Origin: an uncultured Candidatus Rokubacteria bacterium
Lineage (GTDB): Bacteria > Methylomirabilota > Methylomirabilia > Rokubacteriales > DASRDR01
Reading direction: 5' to 3'
Assembly (NCBI GenBank): GCA_963826115.1
Contig: CAWGVS010000005.1
Coordinates: 704,001 to 768,000, forward strand
Length of the DNA: 64,000 nucleotides
A program made the translations under genes and the position numbers. The notes beneath the pieces were generated by a model. It had not been told where the DNA came from. It saw only the letters and a list, made by a program, of their open reading frames with translations, and searched no databases. Numbering within the stretch: position 1 is the stretch's first letter; the number at the start of each line of letters is the position of its first letter. This document shows positions 9,849 through 19,749 of this stretch, one piece after another.

Positions 9849-11000
9849 GTGAGGCGGGACCCGGGCGCGCTCCGCCGCGGCCGCATGCTCCGCGCCTGGC
9901 GCGAGGGTCGTGCGGGGGTGCTCGGGCTCGCGCTCTCGCCGGCGGCGTGGGCCTATCGCTTCGGCCTCGCGGTGCGGGAGGCGGCCTACCGGCGCGGGTG
10001 GCTCCACCGGGGGCGGGTGCCGTGTCCGGTGGTCTCCGTCGGGAACCTCACGGTGGGCGGCACCGGGAAGACGCCGGCGGTCGAGATGGTCGCGCGGCGA
10101 CTCGTCGAGGACGGGCGCCGCGTCGCGATCGTCAGCAGGGGATACGGCCGCCGCTCGAGCGCGGCAGTGGAGCTCGTGTCCGACGGTGGCGCGCCGCGCC
10201 TCACCGTCGAGCAGGCGGGGGACGAGCCGCTCCTCCTGGCCCGGCGGCTCCCCGGCGTGGCCGTCGTCGTCGGCGCCGATCGCCTGAGGGCGGCCCGGTG
10301 GACGGTCGAGCATCTCCGCCCGGACGTGGTCCTTCTGGACGACGGCTTCCAGCAGCGGCGGCTCCTCAAGGACGTGGAGATCGTGTGCGTCGACGCGCGC
10401 GCGCCCTGGGGTCCCGGCGGTCTGTTCCCGCGGGGCACGCTCCGTGAGCCGCCGTCCGCTCTCGCGCGGGCGCACCTCCTGATCGCGACCCGCGCCGGCG
10501 GGGGACGGAGTCACGCGGGACTCCTGGGCGAGCTTCGCCACCATGCGGGGCCGACGCCGTGCCTCGCCACGGACTACGTCGTGGAGGGGCTGGAGGACCT
10601 CGCGTCGGGGCAGCGCCACGATCTGAACGTGCTCCGGGGCCGCAGCGTCCTGGCGTTCGCAGGGATCGCGGCGCCGGAGCGGCTTGCCGACACCCTTGCG
10701 ACCGGCGGCGTGCTCGTGCGGGACGTCGTGGCGCTTCCGGATCACCACGCGTATCGGCCGCGGGACCTCGACGCCGTGACCCGGCGCGCGCGCGCGGTCG
10801 GCGCCGGCATCCTCGTCACCACGGAAAAGGACGCGATGCGCCTTCCGGCGGCCGGTGCGCCGGCGCTGCCCGTGTGGGTGCTCCGGGTCCGGCTGGAGCC
10901 GGTCGCGACCCAGGCGGACCTGGCGGAGGTGTGGTGGAGCGAGCTCCGCGCCCGCGTGGACCGGGCCGCCGGCGAGTCGCGCGCCGAGGCCCCGCCGTGA
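9849..11000 (+). CDS. lpxK: Tetraacyldisaccharide 4'-kinase
   Basis: SVGNLTVGGTGKTP, SRGYG, GDEP, LDDGFQ, TTEKDA. Confidence 0.95.
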   Translation: MRRDPGALRRGRMLRAWREGRAGVLGLALSPAAWAYRFGLAVREAAYRRGWLHRGRVPCPVVSVGNLTVGGTGKTPAVEMVARRLVEDGRRVAIVSRGYGRRSSAAVELVSDGGAPRLTVEQAGDEPLLLARRLPGVAVVVGADRLRAARWTVEHLRPDVVLLDDGFQQRRLLKDVEIVCVDARAPWGPGGLFPRGTLREPPSALARAHLLIATRAGGGRSHAGLLGELRHHAGPTPCLATDYVVEGLEDLASGQRHDLNVLRGRSVLAFAGIAAPERLADTLATGGVLVRDVVALPDHHAYRPRDLDAVTRRARAVGAGILVTTEKDAMRLPAAGAPALPVWVLRVRLEPVATQADLAEVWWSELRARVDRAAGESRAEAPP

Positions 11001-12022
11001 AGGCTCGGCCGATCCCCCCGAAGGAGATCGCACGCGTCCTGGTCCGGTTCCCGAACTGGCTGGGCGACACGGTGCTCGCGCTGCCGACCCTGCGGGCGCT
11101 CCGAGGCGCGCTCCAGGCCGCCGAGATCTGGGTCCTCGGGCCCTGGGTCGGCAGCATCCTGGAAAGCGAGCCCGGTCTCGCGCGCCGGGTCGTCACGCCC
11201 GGCGGCGTCGTGGCGCGGCTCGCCCAGGCGCGCCGCCTCAAGCAAGGACGCTTTGACCTTGCCCTCATCCTGCCGAACTCGTTCGAGACCGGGCTTGCCG
11301 CGTGGCTCTCGGGCGCGCGCTGGCGCGTCGGCTACGGCGAGGGGCGGGCTCGGCTCCTGACGCACGCGGTCGCGACGCCGGCCGGTCCCGTCCACCAGGT
11401 CGCGAGCTACCTGCGCCTCCTCGCGCCGCTGGGGATCGACGCGGCTCCGAGCGCGCCAGTGCTCGCCGTCGATCCCGCGCGGCGGGTGGAAGCGCGGCGG
11501 CTCCTGGAAGACGCGGGCGTGCCTTCCGGAGCCCCGCGGGTCGGGCTCCAGCTCGGGGCCGCGCTGGGACCGGCCAAGCTCTGGCCGGCGGCGCGCGTTG
11601 CGGCCCTGGCCTCGCGGCTGGAGTCTCAGGGCGTCGAGCCGGTCCTCCTCGGCAGCCCGCAGGCCGCCGGCCTCGCGGCCGCGGTCGCGGCGGAGGCCCC
11701 GCGCCCGATCCGGAGCCTCGTGGGCCGGGACCGCCCCGCGCTCCTGCCCGCGCTCCTTGCCGAGCTGGACGCGCTGGTCGGGGCGGACAGCGGGCCCGCC
11801 CACGTGGCCGCCGCGGTCGGGGTCCCGGCCGTGACCCTCTTCGGCCCCACGGACCCGCGCCTCACGGCGCCGGTCGGTCCCGGCCAGCGGGCCCTCTGGC
11901 ACCAGCCCGCGTGCGCTCCGTGCTTTCTTCGAGAGTGTCCGATCGACCACCGATGCCTCGAAGCGATCCAGGTCGACGAGGTGGAGGCGGCGGTACTGGC
12001 CGCGGTCGCGAGGCGCCGGTGA
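10997..12022 (+). CDS. waaF: LPS heptosyltransferase II (GT9)
   Basis: PNWLGD, AKLWP, DSGPAHVAAA, LFGPTD, CAPCFLREC; GTGA overlap with lpxK. Confidence 0.88.
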   Translation: MKARPIPPKEIARVLVRFPNWLGDTVLALPTLRALRGALQAAEIWVLGPWVGSILESEPGLARRVVTPGGVVARLAQARRLKQGRFDLALILPNSFETGLAAWLSGARWRVGYGEGRARLLTHAVATPAGPVHQVASYLRLLAPLGIDAAPSAPVLAVDPARRVEARRLLEDAGVPSGAPRVGLQLGAALGPAKLWPAARVAALASRLESQGVEPVLLGSPQAAGLAAAVAAEAPRPIRSLVGRDRPALLPALLAELDALVGADSGPAHVAAAVGVPAVTLFGPTDPRLTAPVGPGQRALWHQPACAPCFLRECPIDHRCLEAIQVDEVEAAVLAAVARRR

Positions 12023-13146
12023 GGCCGCTCCGGATCCTGCATGTCGTCGCGAACCGGTGGTGGACGGGCACCGCCGATCCGGCGCTCGATCTGGCGCGAG
12101 CTCTCAAGGAGCGGGGCCACGCGGTCTGGTTCGCCTGCATCCGCGGCGACGTGCTCGAGACCCGCGTCCGCGCGTCCGGCGTCCCGCTGGTCGAGGAGCT
12201 GTCTCTCGAGCGGACGGCCAGCCCGTTGCGCATCGGGGCCGAGGTGCGGGCGCTCCGGCGCATGCTGCGGTCGCTCGAGATCGACGTGATCCACGCCCAC
12301 CAGACGCACGACCACTGGCTGGCGGCGCTGGCCCGTCGCGGCACGGAGGTCCGACTGGTCCGCACGGTCCATCATCGCCGGGCCGCGCGCACGGGATCAC
12401 TGGGGCGCTGGCTCTGGCGTCGGACCGATGCGCTGATCGCCGTCAGCGAGGGTATCGCCGAGCGGCTGCGCGCCGTCGGGGCGCCTGCCGGCGCACTCAC
12501 GGTTGTGGGGGGCGCGGTCGACGTCGAGCGGTTCACACCAGCGGTCGCCGGCGCTCCGGTGCGGGCGGAGCTCGGGCTCGGCGAGGCGCCCGCCGCGGGG
12601 TGCGTCGCGCGCATGGTGCCCGGGAGAGGCCACGAGGTGCTGCTCCGGGCCGCCGTGCGGCTCCGCGACCGCCTTCCCGGGGCGCGCGTCGTCCTGGTGG
12701 GGCGGGGCGAGTCGCGGCCCGCCCTGGAGGGCCTCGCGCGCGATCTTGGCCTCGAACGCACGGTCGTGTTCGCGGGGTACCGGGGCGCCGACCTGCCGGC
12801 GACCCTGGCCGCGCTGGACTGCGTGGCGTTCCTGGGCGCGGGGTCGGAGGAGTCCTGCCGGGCCGTGCTCGAGGCCATGGCCGCGGGGCGTCCCGTCGTC
12901 GCGGCGCGCGTCGGCGCCGTGCCCGAGATCGTGATCGACGGCGAGACGGGCTGGCTGGTCGAGGCGGCGCCCGAGCCCGTCGCGGCCCGCCTTGAGGCGC
13001 TCCTCGCCGATCCAGCCCGCGCCCGGGAGATGGGCCGGGCCGGGCGACGGCGGGTCGAGGCGCTCTTCACCCCGGCCCGGCGCGCGGCCCTGGTCGAGGG
13101 GGTCTACGAGAGGGTCGCCGCCAAAGAACCGCTTCCCCACCGGTGA
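12019..13146 (+). CDS. Glycosyltransferase family 4
   Basis: ILHVVA start, LEAMAAGRPVVA..GAVPEIV.DGETG motif. Confidence 0.9.
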   Translation: MRPLRILHVVANRWWTGTADPALDLARALKERGHAVWFACIRGDVLETRVRASGVPLVEELSLERTASPLRIGAEVRALRRMLRSLEIDVIHAHQTHDHWLAALARRGTEVRLVRTVHHRRAARTGSLGRWLWRRTDALIAVSEGIAERLRAVGAPAGALTVVGGAVDVERFTPAVAGAPVRAELGLGEAPAAGCVARMVPGRGHEVLLRAAVRLRDRLPGARVVLVGRGESRPALEGLARDLGLERTVVFAGYRGADLPATLAALDCVAFLGAGSEESCRAVLEAMAAGRPVVAARVGAVPEIVIDGETGWLVEAAPEPVAARLEALLADPARAREMGRAGRRRVEALFTPARRAALVEGVYERVAAKEPLPHR

Positions 13147-13160
13147 GCGATCAGTATAAT
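13133..13160 (+). promoter_or_regulatory. Putative sigma70 internal promoter
   Basis: Perfect TATAAT at 13155-13160 in a GC-rich intergenic gap; -35 element is weak. Confidence 0.55.
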
Positions 13161-13234
13161 GGCGCAGATGAGCGGTTGTCTGGAAGTCCGCGTCGCCATG
13201 GACGGAACCCTCTCGACGCGTCCTCGATCCCACC

Positions 13235-14281
13235 GTGCAGAGCCCTGACGGCGCCGAGCTCCTCCAGGCCCTCCAGAAGTTCGAGGGCCGGCGGGTCCTC
13301 GTCGTCGGCGACCTGGTCGCGGACGAGTACGTCTTCGGGCGGCCCGAGCGCGTCTCGCGCGAAGCGCCGGTCCTGATCCTCCGCTACCTCTCCCAGGAGA
13401 CTCGCCTGGGTGGGGCCGCGAACGCGAGCCACAACCTCCACACGCTCGGCGCCACCGTCCTGCCGCTCGGCGTCGTCGGAGACGACGCGGCGGGCACGGC
13501 CATCCGGCACGCGCTGGCCACGCGGGGGATCTCGACCGAGGGCATCGTCTCCGTGCCGGACCGCCCCACTCCGGTCAAGACCCGGATCCTCGGGGGCGGG
13601 TGGGGATCCCAAACGGCCCGCCAGCAGATCGTGCGCGTGGATCGGGAGCCGGACGGCGGGATCTCGCCGGGGGCCGAGGCCACCATGGTCGAGCGGCTGC
13701 GGGGGTGGGCGGGCCGGGTGGATGCGGTGGTCCTGTCCGACTACGGGTACGGCACGGTGACGCCCCGCATCCTCGCCGAGGTGCGCGCGCTGGGGGAGCG
13801 GGGGGCGGTCGTGACGGCCGACTCCCGGTACGACCTCTTCCGCTTCGACCGGATTACGGCGGCGACGCCCAGCGAGTCGGAGGTGGAGCACCTCCTCGGG
13901 GTGTCGCTCGACGGGGACAAGATGGTCGAGCAGGCGGGCTGGCAGCTCCTCGAGCGGCTCGGCGCGCGCTACCTCCTGATCACGCGGGGCGCGAAGGGGC
14001 TCGCGCTCTTCGAGCGGGGCGGAGAGGCGACGTTCGTGCCCATCTTCGGGAGCGCCGAGATCGCCGACGTCACCGGCGCGGGAGACACGGTGATCAGCAC
14101 GTTCACGCTGGGGCTGGCGAGCGGGGCCCGCGCCGTGGTCGCCGCGCGCCTCTCCAACTACGCGGGCGGCCTCGTGGTCATGAAGCGCGGCACGGCCACC
14201 GTCTCCCGGGACGAGCTGGCCGGCGCGGTGCGCCGCGACACGGGCGCCGGGACACATGACGGGGCGAGTGCTCGACCTTGA
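13235..14281 (+). CDS. rfaE1: D-glycero-beta-D-manno-heptose-7-phosphate kinase (RfaE domain I, PfkB family)
   Basis: VVGDLVADEY, RVSREAPV, GGAANA, DVTGAGDTV. Confidence 0.92.
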   Translation: MQSPDGAELLQALQKFEGRRVLVVGDLVADEYVFGRPERVSREAPVLILRYLSQETRLGGAANASHNLHTLGATVLPLGVVGDDAAGTAIRHALATRGISTEGIVSVPDRPTPVKTRILGGGWGSQTARQQIVRVDREPDGGISPGAEATMVERLRGWAGRVDAVVLSDYGYGTVTPRILAEVRALGERGAVVTADSRYDLFRFDRITAATPSESEVEHLLGVSLDGDKMVEQAGWQLLERLGARYLLITRGAKGLALFERGGEATFVPIFGSAEIADVTGAGDTVISTFTLGLASGARAVVAARLSNYAGGLVVMKRGTATVSRDELAGAVRRDTGAGTHDGASARP

Positions 14282-14756
14282 GGGCGCGCGGCGCGTGGCC
14301 GAGGCGGCCCGTGCCTCCGGCCGCCGCGTCGTCCTCGCCAACGGCTGCTTCGACCTCCTTCACGTGGGGCACGTGCGGTACCTCGAGGACGCCCGCGCCC
14401 TGGGCGACGTCCTGATCGTGGGGATCAACGGCGACGCCTCCGTGCGGCGGCTCAAGGGCCCGGGGCGTCCTCTGATGCCGGCGACCGAGCGGGCGGAGAT
14501 TCTCGCGTCGCTCAGCGCCGTCGACCACGTCGTGGTCTTCGACGCCGACACGGCGGACGGGCTGATCGGCCTGCTGCGCCCGGACGTCCACGCGAAGGGG
14601 ACCGACTACACGGCGGAGTCGGTGCCCGAGCGCGCCGCCGTCCTCGCCGCGGGCGGGCGCGTCGCGATCGCCGGCGACCGGAAGCAGCACTCCACCCGCG
14701 ACCTGATCGCGGAGATCCTGGCGCGGTTCGGCCGGGACCGGGAGGCGATCCGTTGA
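14256..14756 (+). CDS. rfaE2: Heptose-1-phosphate adenylyltransferase (RfaE domain II)
   Basis: NGCFDLLHVGHVRYL, KGPGRP, KGTDY. Confidence 0.93.
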   Translation: MTGRVLDLEGARRVAEAARASGRRVVLANGCFDLLHVGHVRYLEDARALGDVLIVGINGDASVRRLKGPGRPLMPATERAEILASLSAVDHVVVFDADTADGLIGLLRPDVHAKGTDYTAESVPERAAVLAAGGRVAIAGDRKQHSTRDLIAEILARFGRDREAIR

Positions 14757-15790
14757 CGGCGGGCCGCGACGCGGCGCCGCGCATCGCGCTGGTGAAGCTC
14801 TCCGCGCTCGGCGACGTGGTGCACGCGCTCCCGTGCGCCCGGGCGATCCGTGCCTGGTGGCCGCGGGCCGAGCTCACGTGGGTGGTCGAGCGCCGCGAGG
14901 AGGCGATCCTCGAGGGCAACCCGGACCTCGACCACATCGTGCCCGTCGACACCCGGCTCTGGCGGCGCGAGTTCCGGCGGCCGAGCGGGGCGCCTGCGGT
15001 GGCGCTCAAGGTGCGGGGCCTGGTGCGCCGGCTCGCCGCGGGCCGGTTCGACGTGGCGGTCGACCTCCAGGGGCTCTGGAAGAGCGGGGCCATCACCGTC
15101 CTCACGCGCGCGCCTCTCCGCGTCGGGCTGGCGGCCGCGCGGTGCCGGGAGCGCGCCAACGCGTGGTTCACGAACCGGCGCGTGAACCCGCCGCCGGAGG
15201 CGACGCACGTCGTGGACCAGTACCGGGCCGTCGTGGCGGCGCTCGGGATCGACCTCGGTGTCGTGGGCCCGCCGGCGTTCCCGATCGCGCGGGCACCCGA
15301 CGCCGAGGCGCGGATGGCGGCCTGGCTCGAGGCGGAGGGCGTCAAGGCCAGTTCGCCCCTGATCCTGCTGAACCCCGGGTCGGGCGGCGACCACAAGCGC
15401 TGGGCGGTCGAGGCGTTCCGGCGGCTCGGCGAGGAGCTGGCCGTGCGGCTGGGGGCGCGCGTGGCCGTCACGTGGGGTCCGGGTGAGGAGACGCTCGCGA
15501 GCGCGATCGCCCACGGCATGCGGCCCGGGGCCCTCGTGCCGCCGCCCACGACCATCGCGGAGATGATCGCGCTCTTCCGTCGCGCGACGCTCGTCGTCGG
15601 CGGGGATACGGGTCCGGTCCACGTGGCGGCGGTGCTCGGGGTCCCGACGGTCGGGCTCTACGGGCCGACGAGCGCCCAGCGGAACGGTCCGTACGGCGCG
15701 CGCGTGACGACCATCCAGAGCCCCACCGGCCGGATGGACGGGGTGTCCGTCGAGGCCGTCCTCGGCGCGGCGCAGGCGCTCCTCCGGTGA
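14753..15790 (+). CDS. waaC: LPS heptosyltransferase I (GT9)
   Basis: VKLSALGDVVH, DLQGLWKS, GGDTGPVH. Confidence 0.85.
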   Translation: MTAGRDAAPRIALVKLSALGDVVHALPCARAIRAWWPRAELTWVVERREEAILEGNPDLDHIVPVDTRLWRREFRRPSGAPAVALKVRGLVRRLAAGRFDVAVDLQGLWKSGAITVLTRAPLRVGLAAARCRERANAWFTNRRVNPPPEATHVVDQYRAVVAALGIDLGVVGPPAFPIARAPDAEARMAAWLEAEGVKASSPLILLNPGSGGDHKRWAVEAFRRLGEELAVRLGARVAVTWGPGEETLASAIAHGMRPGALVPPPTTIAEMIALFRRATLVVGGDTGPVHVAAVLGVPTVGLYGPTSAQRNGPYGARVTTIQSPTGRMDGVSVEAVLGAAQALLR

Positions 15791-16554
15791 AGACGGGCGG
15801 CGCGGTGCCGAGCCTGTCGGTGGCCGTGGTGGTGCTCAACGAGGAGGAGCGTCTCCGCGCGTGCCTCGAGAGCGTGGTGTGGGCCGACGAGATCGTGGTG
15901 GTCGATGCCGGGTCGAGCGACAAGACGGTGGCGATTGCCCGCGAGTTCACCGACCGGGTGCTGTTCCGGCCGTGGGACGGCTACGTGCCGCAGAAGAACT
16001 ACGCGCTCGACCAGTGCCGGGGCGACTGGCTCCTGTCGCTCGACGCGGACGAGCGGGTGTCGGATGCCCTTCGTGACGAGATCCGGGCCACGCTCCGCGG
16101 CGGCGGCCCCGAGGCGGGCTTCCAGCTCCCGCGGCGGAACCTCTTCCAGGGGCGGTGGGTGCGCCACGGCGGGCTCTACCCCGACTGGCAGCTCCGGCTG
16201 CTCCGCCGCGGGCAGGGGGCGTTCGCCGCGCGCGCGGTCCACGAGTCGGTCACGGTGGACGGGCCGGCGGGGCGGCTCCGGTCGCCGCTGGTCCACGAGA
16301 GCTACCGGAGCATCGGCGACGCGGTCGCGCGCCTGAACCGCTACTCCGATCTCGCCGCCACCGAGCTCGCCCGCGCGGGCCGCGGGGGGAGTCTCCTCGA
16401 CCTCCTGGGCCGGCCGGTGTGGCGGTTCCTGTCGATGTACGTCCTGCGCGCGGGCTTCCTCGACGGGTGGCGCGGCCTGGTGCTCGCCGGGCTCCATGCT
16501 CACTACGTCTTCCTCCGGGCCGCCAAGGTCCGGGAGCGGCGGTGGGCGGCGTGA
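15787..16554 (+). CDS. Glycosyltransferase family 2 (KdtX/WaaE-like)
   Basis: NEEERL, VVDAGSSD, LDADE, YPDWQLRL, GFLDG. Confidence 0.9.
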   Translation: MKTGGAVPSLSVAVVVLNEEERLRACLESVVWADEIVVVDAGSSDKTVAIAREFTDRVLFRPWDGYVPQKNYALDQCRGDWLLSLDADERVSDALRDEIRATLRGGGPEAGFQLPRRNLFQGRWVRHGGLYPDWQLRLLRRGQGAFAARAVHESVTVDGPAGRLRSPLVHESYRSIGDAVARLNRYSDLAATELARAGRGGSLLDLLGRPVWRFLSMYVLRAGFLDGWRGLVLAGLHAHYVFLRAAKVRERRWAA

Positions 16555-17294
16555 CGCGGACCGTGGCCGTGATTCCCGCGCGCTGGGCCTCGATGCGCTT
16601 TCCGGGCAAGGCGCTCGTCGTGATCGGCGGCAAGCCGCTCGTGCAGCACGTCTGGGAGCGCGCGTCCGAGCTCGAAACCGTGGAGCGCGTGGTGGTCGCG
16701 ACGGACGACGAGCGGATCGCCGCCGCGGTGCGCGGGTTCGGCGGCACCGCCGTCATGACCAGCGAGGCCTGCGTGAACGGGACGGACCGCGTCGCCCAGG
16801 CGACTCGGGACTGGCCCGCGGACCTGATCGTGAACCTCCAGGGGGACGAGCCGACGTTCGAGGTGAAGGCGCTCGACCAGCTGGTCCGGGCGATGGCGGA
16901 CGACCCGTCGATCGAGATGGGCACGCTCGCGCACCCGGTCGCGGACGAAGCCGAGCACAAGGACCCGAACGCCGTGAAGGTCGTGCTCGACCAGTCCGGC
17001 CACGCGCTCTACTTCACGCGGGCGCCGGTGCCCTACGCGCGCCAGCCCGGTCTCGTCGTCCCCCTTCGCCACGTGGGGATCTACGTGTTCCGTCACGCGT
17101 TCCTCCAGCGCTACGCGCGGCTGGCCCCGACGCCGCTCGAGCAGACCGAGCGGCTCGAGCAGCTCCGGGCGCTCGAGCACGGCGTCCGCATCCGGGTCCT
17201 GCTGACGCCGCACGGCTCGATCGGCGTGGACACCCCGGCCGACGTCGACCGGCTCGCGGCGTACCTCGCGAGTCGCGAGGGGCGGAGACGGTGA
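16551..17294 (+). CDS. kdsB: CMP-Kdo synthetase
   Basis: VIPARWASMRFPGK, GTDR, NLQGDEP, LEQLRALE. Confidence 0.96.
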   Translation: MTRTVAVIPARWASMRFPGKALVVIGGKPLVQHVWERASELETVERVVVATDDERIAAAVRGFGGTAVMTSEACVNGTDRVAQATRDWPADLIVNLQGDEPTFEVKALDQLVRAMADDPSIEMGTLAHPVADEAEHKDPNAVKVVLDQSGHALYFTRAPVPYARQPGLVVPLRHVGIYVFRHAFLQRYARLAPTPLEQTERLEQLRALEHGVRIRVLLTPHGSIGVDTPADVDRLAAYLASREGRRR

Positions 17295-18277
17295 CCGCCC
17301 GGGCGCGGGTCCTGTCGGGGATGCGGCCCACGGGGCGCCTCCATCTCGGGAACCACCTGGGGGCGCTCGACAACTGGGTGCGCATGCAGGCGGACTACGA
17401 CTGCTTCTACTTCGTCGCCGACTGGCACGCGTTCACCACCGACATCCCGGCCAAGGGGGAGATCGCGACCAACACGCTCGAGATGGTGGCGGACTGGCTC
17501 GGCGCCGGGCTCGATCCCGAGCGCAGCACCTTGTTCGTGCAGTCGCTCGTGCCCGAGCACGCCGAGCTCCACCTCGCCTTCTCGATGGTCACGCCGGTCT
17601 CGTGGCTCGAGCGCGTCCCGACCTACAAGGAGATGGTGGAGCAGCTCGGGATCCAGTCGCCGTCCTACGGGCTCCTCGGGTACCCCTTGCTCCAGGCGGC
17701 GGACATCCTCATCTACCGGCCGCGCTACGTGCCCGTCGGGGTCGACCAGGCGCCGCACATCGAGCTGACCCGCGAGGTCGCGCGACGCTTCAACCACCTC
17801 TTCGGGCCCGTCCTCCTCGAGCCGGAGATCAAGCTGACGTCGATCCCCAAGGTGCCGGGGACCGACGGGCGCAAGATGTCGAAGTCCTACGGCAACGCGA
17901 TCTACCTCGCCGACCCGCCCGACGTGACGGTGCCGAAGATCAAGACGATGGTGACCGACCCGGCGCGGAAGCGTCGGGCGGACCCCGGGAATCCCGACGT
18001 CTGCCCGGTGTTCGACCTCCACAGGATCTTCACGCCCGATGCGCCCCGCGAGGCCGCGGCCCGGGGCTGCCGGACGGCGGGCATCGGCTGCATCGACTGC
18101 AAGGGCGTGCTGATGGAGCACATGCTGCCGCCGCTCGAGGCGATCCGCGAGCGGCGGGAACGCATGGCCGCGCGCCCCGGCCACCTGCGGGAGATCCTCC
18201 AGGAGGGCTCGGCCCGCGCCCGGCGCATCGCCTCCGAGACCTTGGCGGACGTGAAGGCCGCCGTGGGAGTTGCCTAG
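17291..18277 (+). CDS. trpS: Tryptophan--tRNA ligase
   Basis: SGMRPTGRLHLGN (HIGH), YPLLQAADI, KMSKS. Confidence 0.97.
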   Translation: MTARARVLSGMRPTGRLHLGNHLGALDNWVRMQADYDCFYFVADWHAFTTDIPAKGEIATNTLEMVADWLGAGLDPERSTLFVQSLVPEHAELHLAFSMVTPVSWLERVPTYKEMVEQLGIQSPSYGLLGYPLLQAADILIYRPRYVPVGVDQAPHIELTREVARRFNHLFGPVLLEPEIKLTSIPKVPGTDGRKMSKSYGNAIYLADPPDVTVPKIKTMVTDPARKRRADPGNPDVCPVFDLHRIFTPDAPREAAARGCRTAGIGCIDCKGVLMEHMLPPLEAIRERRERMAARPGHLREILQEGSARARRIASETLADVKAAVGVA

Positions 18278-19067
18278 CGTGACCGACACCACGACCGCCG
18301 CTCCCGACGTCGCCACGCCGCCGCCGTCGCCCCTGACGGTGCACCTCGAGGAGTTCGAGGGCCCCCTCGACCTTCTCCTGCACCTGGCGCGGACGAACGA
18401 GATCGATCTCGCGCGGCTGCCCATCCGGCAGATCACGGACCAATACCTGGCGTACCTCGAGTCGGTCGAGTTCCGCGACCTGGACGACGCGGGCGCCTTC
18501 CTCGTCCTGGCCGCGACCCTCGTCTACCTGAAGTCGCGCCTCCTGCTGCCGCCGTCGGAGACCGCGGAGGAGGGTCTGGAGGAGGACGCGGAGGTTCTGC
18601 GGCTGGAGCTCGAGGCTCGGCTCCGCGCCTACGCGCGGGTGAAGGAGCTCGGCGTCTGGCTCCGCGAGCGCGAGACCGAGTGGAGCACGCGCTTCATGCG
18701 GACCTGGAGCGAGCTGCCGGCTCCCGAGTACGTGCCGATCGAGAGCCTGTCGCTCTGGGATCTCACCCAGGCGTACCGGGCATTCCTGACCCGGCTCGCG
18801 CAGGCCGAGCCGACCCGCGAGGTCCAGCCGGAGGGACCGCCCCTCCTCGAACGCATGGAGATGATCACGAGTGTGCTGGAGCAGTCCTGGTACGTGCTGT
18901 TCTCCGCGCTTCTCGGGGTCTCGCCGCCCCGGCCGGAGGTGGTGGTGACGCTGCTCGCGGTGCTCGAGCTCGTGCGGCTCCAGCGCGCGCGGGCGCAGCA
19001 GCGGGAGCTGTTCGGGGACATCGTCATCGAGCGTGGGTCCGGGGAGGCGACCGTCCGTGGCGCCTGA
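18270..19067 (+). CDS. scpA: Segregation and condensation protein A
   Basis: FEGPLDLLL, YLKSRLLLP, LAVLELV. Confidence 0.94.
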   Translation: MPSVTDTTTAAPDVATPPPSPLTVHLEEFEGPLDLLLHLARTNEIDLARLPIRQITDQYLAYLESVEFRDLDDAGAFLVLAATLVYLKSRLLLPPSETAEEGLEEDAEVLRLELEARLRAYARVKELGVWLRERETEWSTRFMRTWSELPAPEYVPIESLSLWDLTQAYRAFLTRLAQAEPTREVQPEGPPLLERMEMITSVLEQSWYVLFSALLGVSPPRPEVVVTLLAVLELVRLQRARAQQRELFGDIVIERGSGEATVRGA

Positions 19068-19083
19068 GGCCGGGGGATCGGCG

Positions 19084-19743
19084 ATGTCCGACGTGGTGAC
19101 CCCCGGGCTCGTGGGCCAGGTGGAGGCGCTCCTCTTCGCCTCCGACGTCCCGCTTCCCTACGAGCGGATCGCCGAGGTCCTGGAGATCTCGCCGCTCGAC
19201 GCCCGCGCGGCCGTCCAGGCGCTTCGGGTGGCTTGCGACGAGCCCGGTCGCGGACTCGCGGTGGCCGAGGTCGGTGGGGGCGTGCGCCTCGTCACGCGGC
19301 CGGAGCACGCGCCCGTGCTCGTGAGCCTGCAGCGGCTCCGGCTGAAGAGCCGGCTGTCGCGGGCCGCAGTGGAGACCCTCACCATCATCGCCTATCGCCA
19401 GCCGATCTCGCGCCCCGAGATCGAGCAGCTCCGCGGCGTCGGGAGTGACAGCGTGGTCACGCACCTGCTCGAGCGCCGCCTCATCCGGATCGTGGGCCGA
19501 AAGGAGACCCCCGGGCGGCCGGTGCTCTACGGGACGACCCGCGAGTTCCTCGAGCACTTCGGCCTCCGGGACCTCGAGGAGCTTCCGCCCTTCGAGTCTC
19601 CCGGCGACGCGGCCGTCGAGGCGGGGGCGGGGACCGACGCGGCGGCGACCGTCGAGGAGCGCGCCGCGGACGACGCGGCCCCCGGGGACGACGCCGGTCC
19701 CGACGAAGTCGGCGAGGAGCGCGAGCGCCCGACGCCCGCCTGA
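19084..19743 (+). CDS. scpB: Segregation and condensation protein B
   Basis: VEALLFAS, ETLTIIAYRQPISR, GRPVLYGTTREFLEHFGL. Confidence 0.95.
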   Translation: MSDVVTPGLVGQVEALLFASDVPLPYERIAEVLEISPLDARAAVQALRVACDEPGRGLAVAEVGGGVRLVTRPEHAPVLVSLQRLRLKSRLSRAAVETLTIIAYRQPISRPEIEQLRGVGSDSVVTHLLERRLIRIVGRKETPGRPVLYGTTREFLEHFGLRDLEELPPFESPGDAAVEAGAGTDAAATVEERAADDAAPGDDAGPDEVGEERERPTPA

Positions 19744-19749
19744 CGGGCC

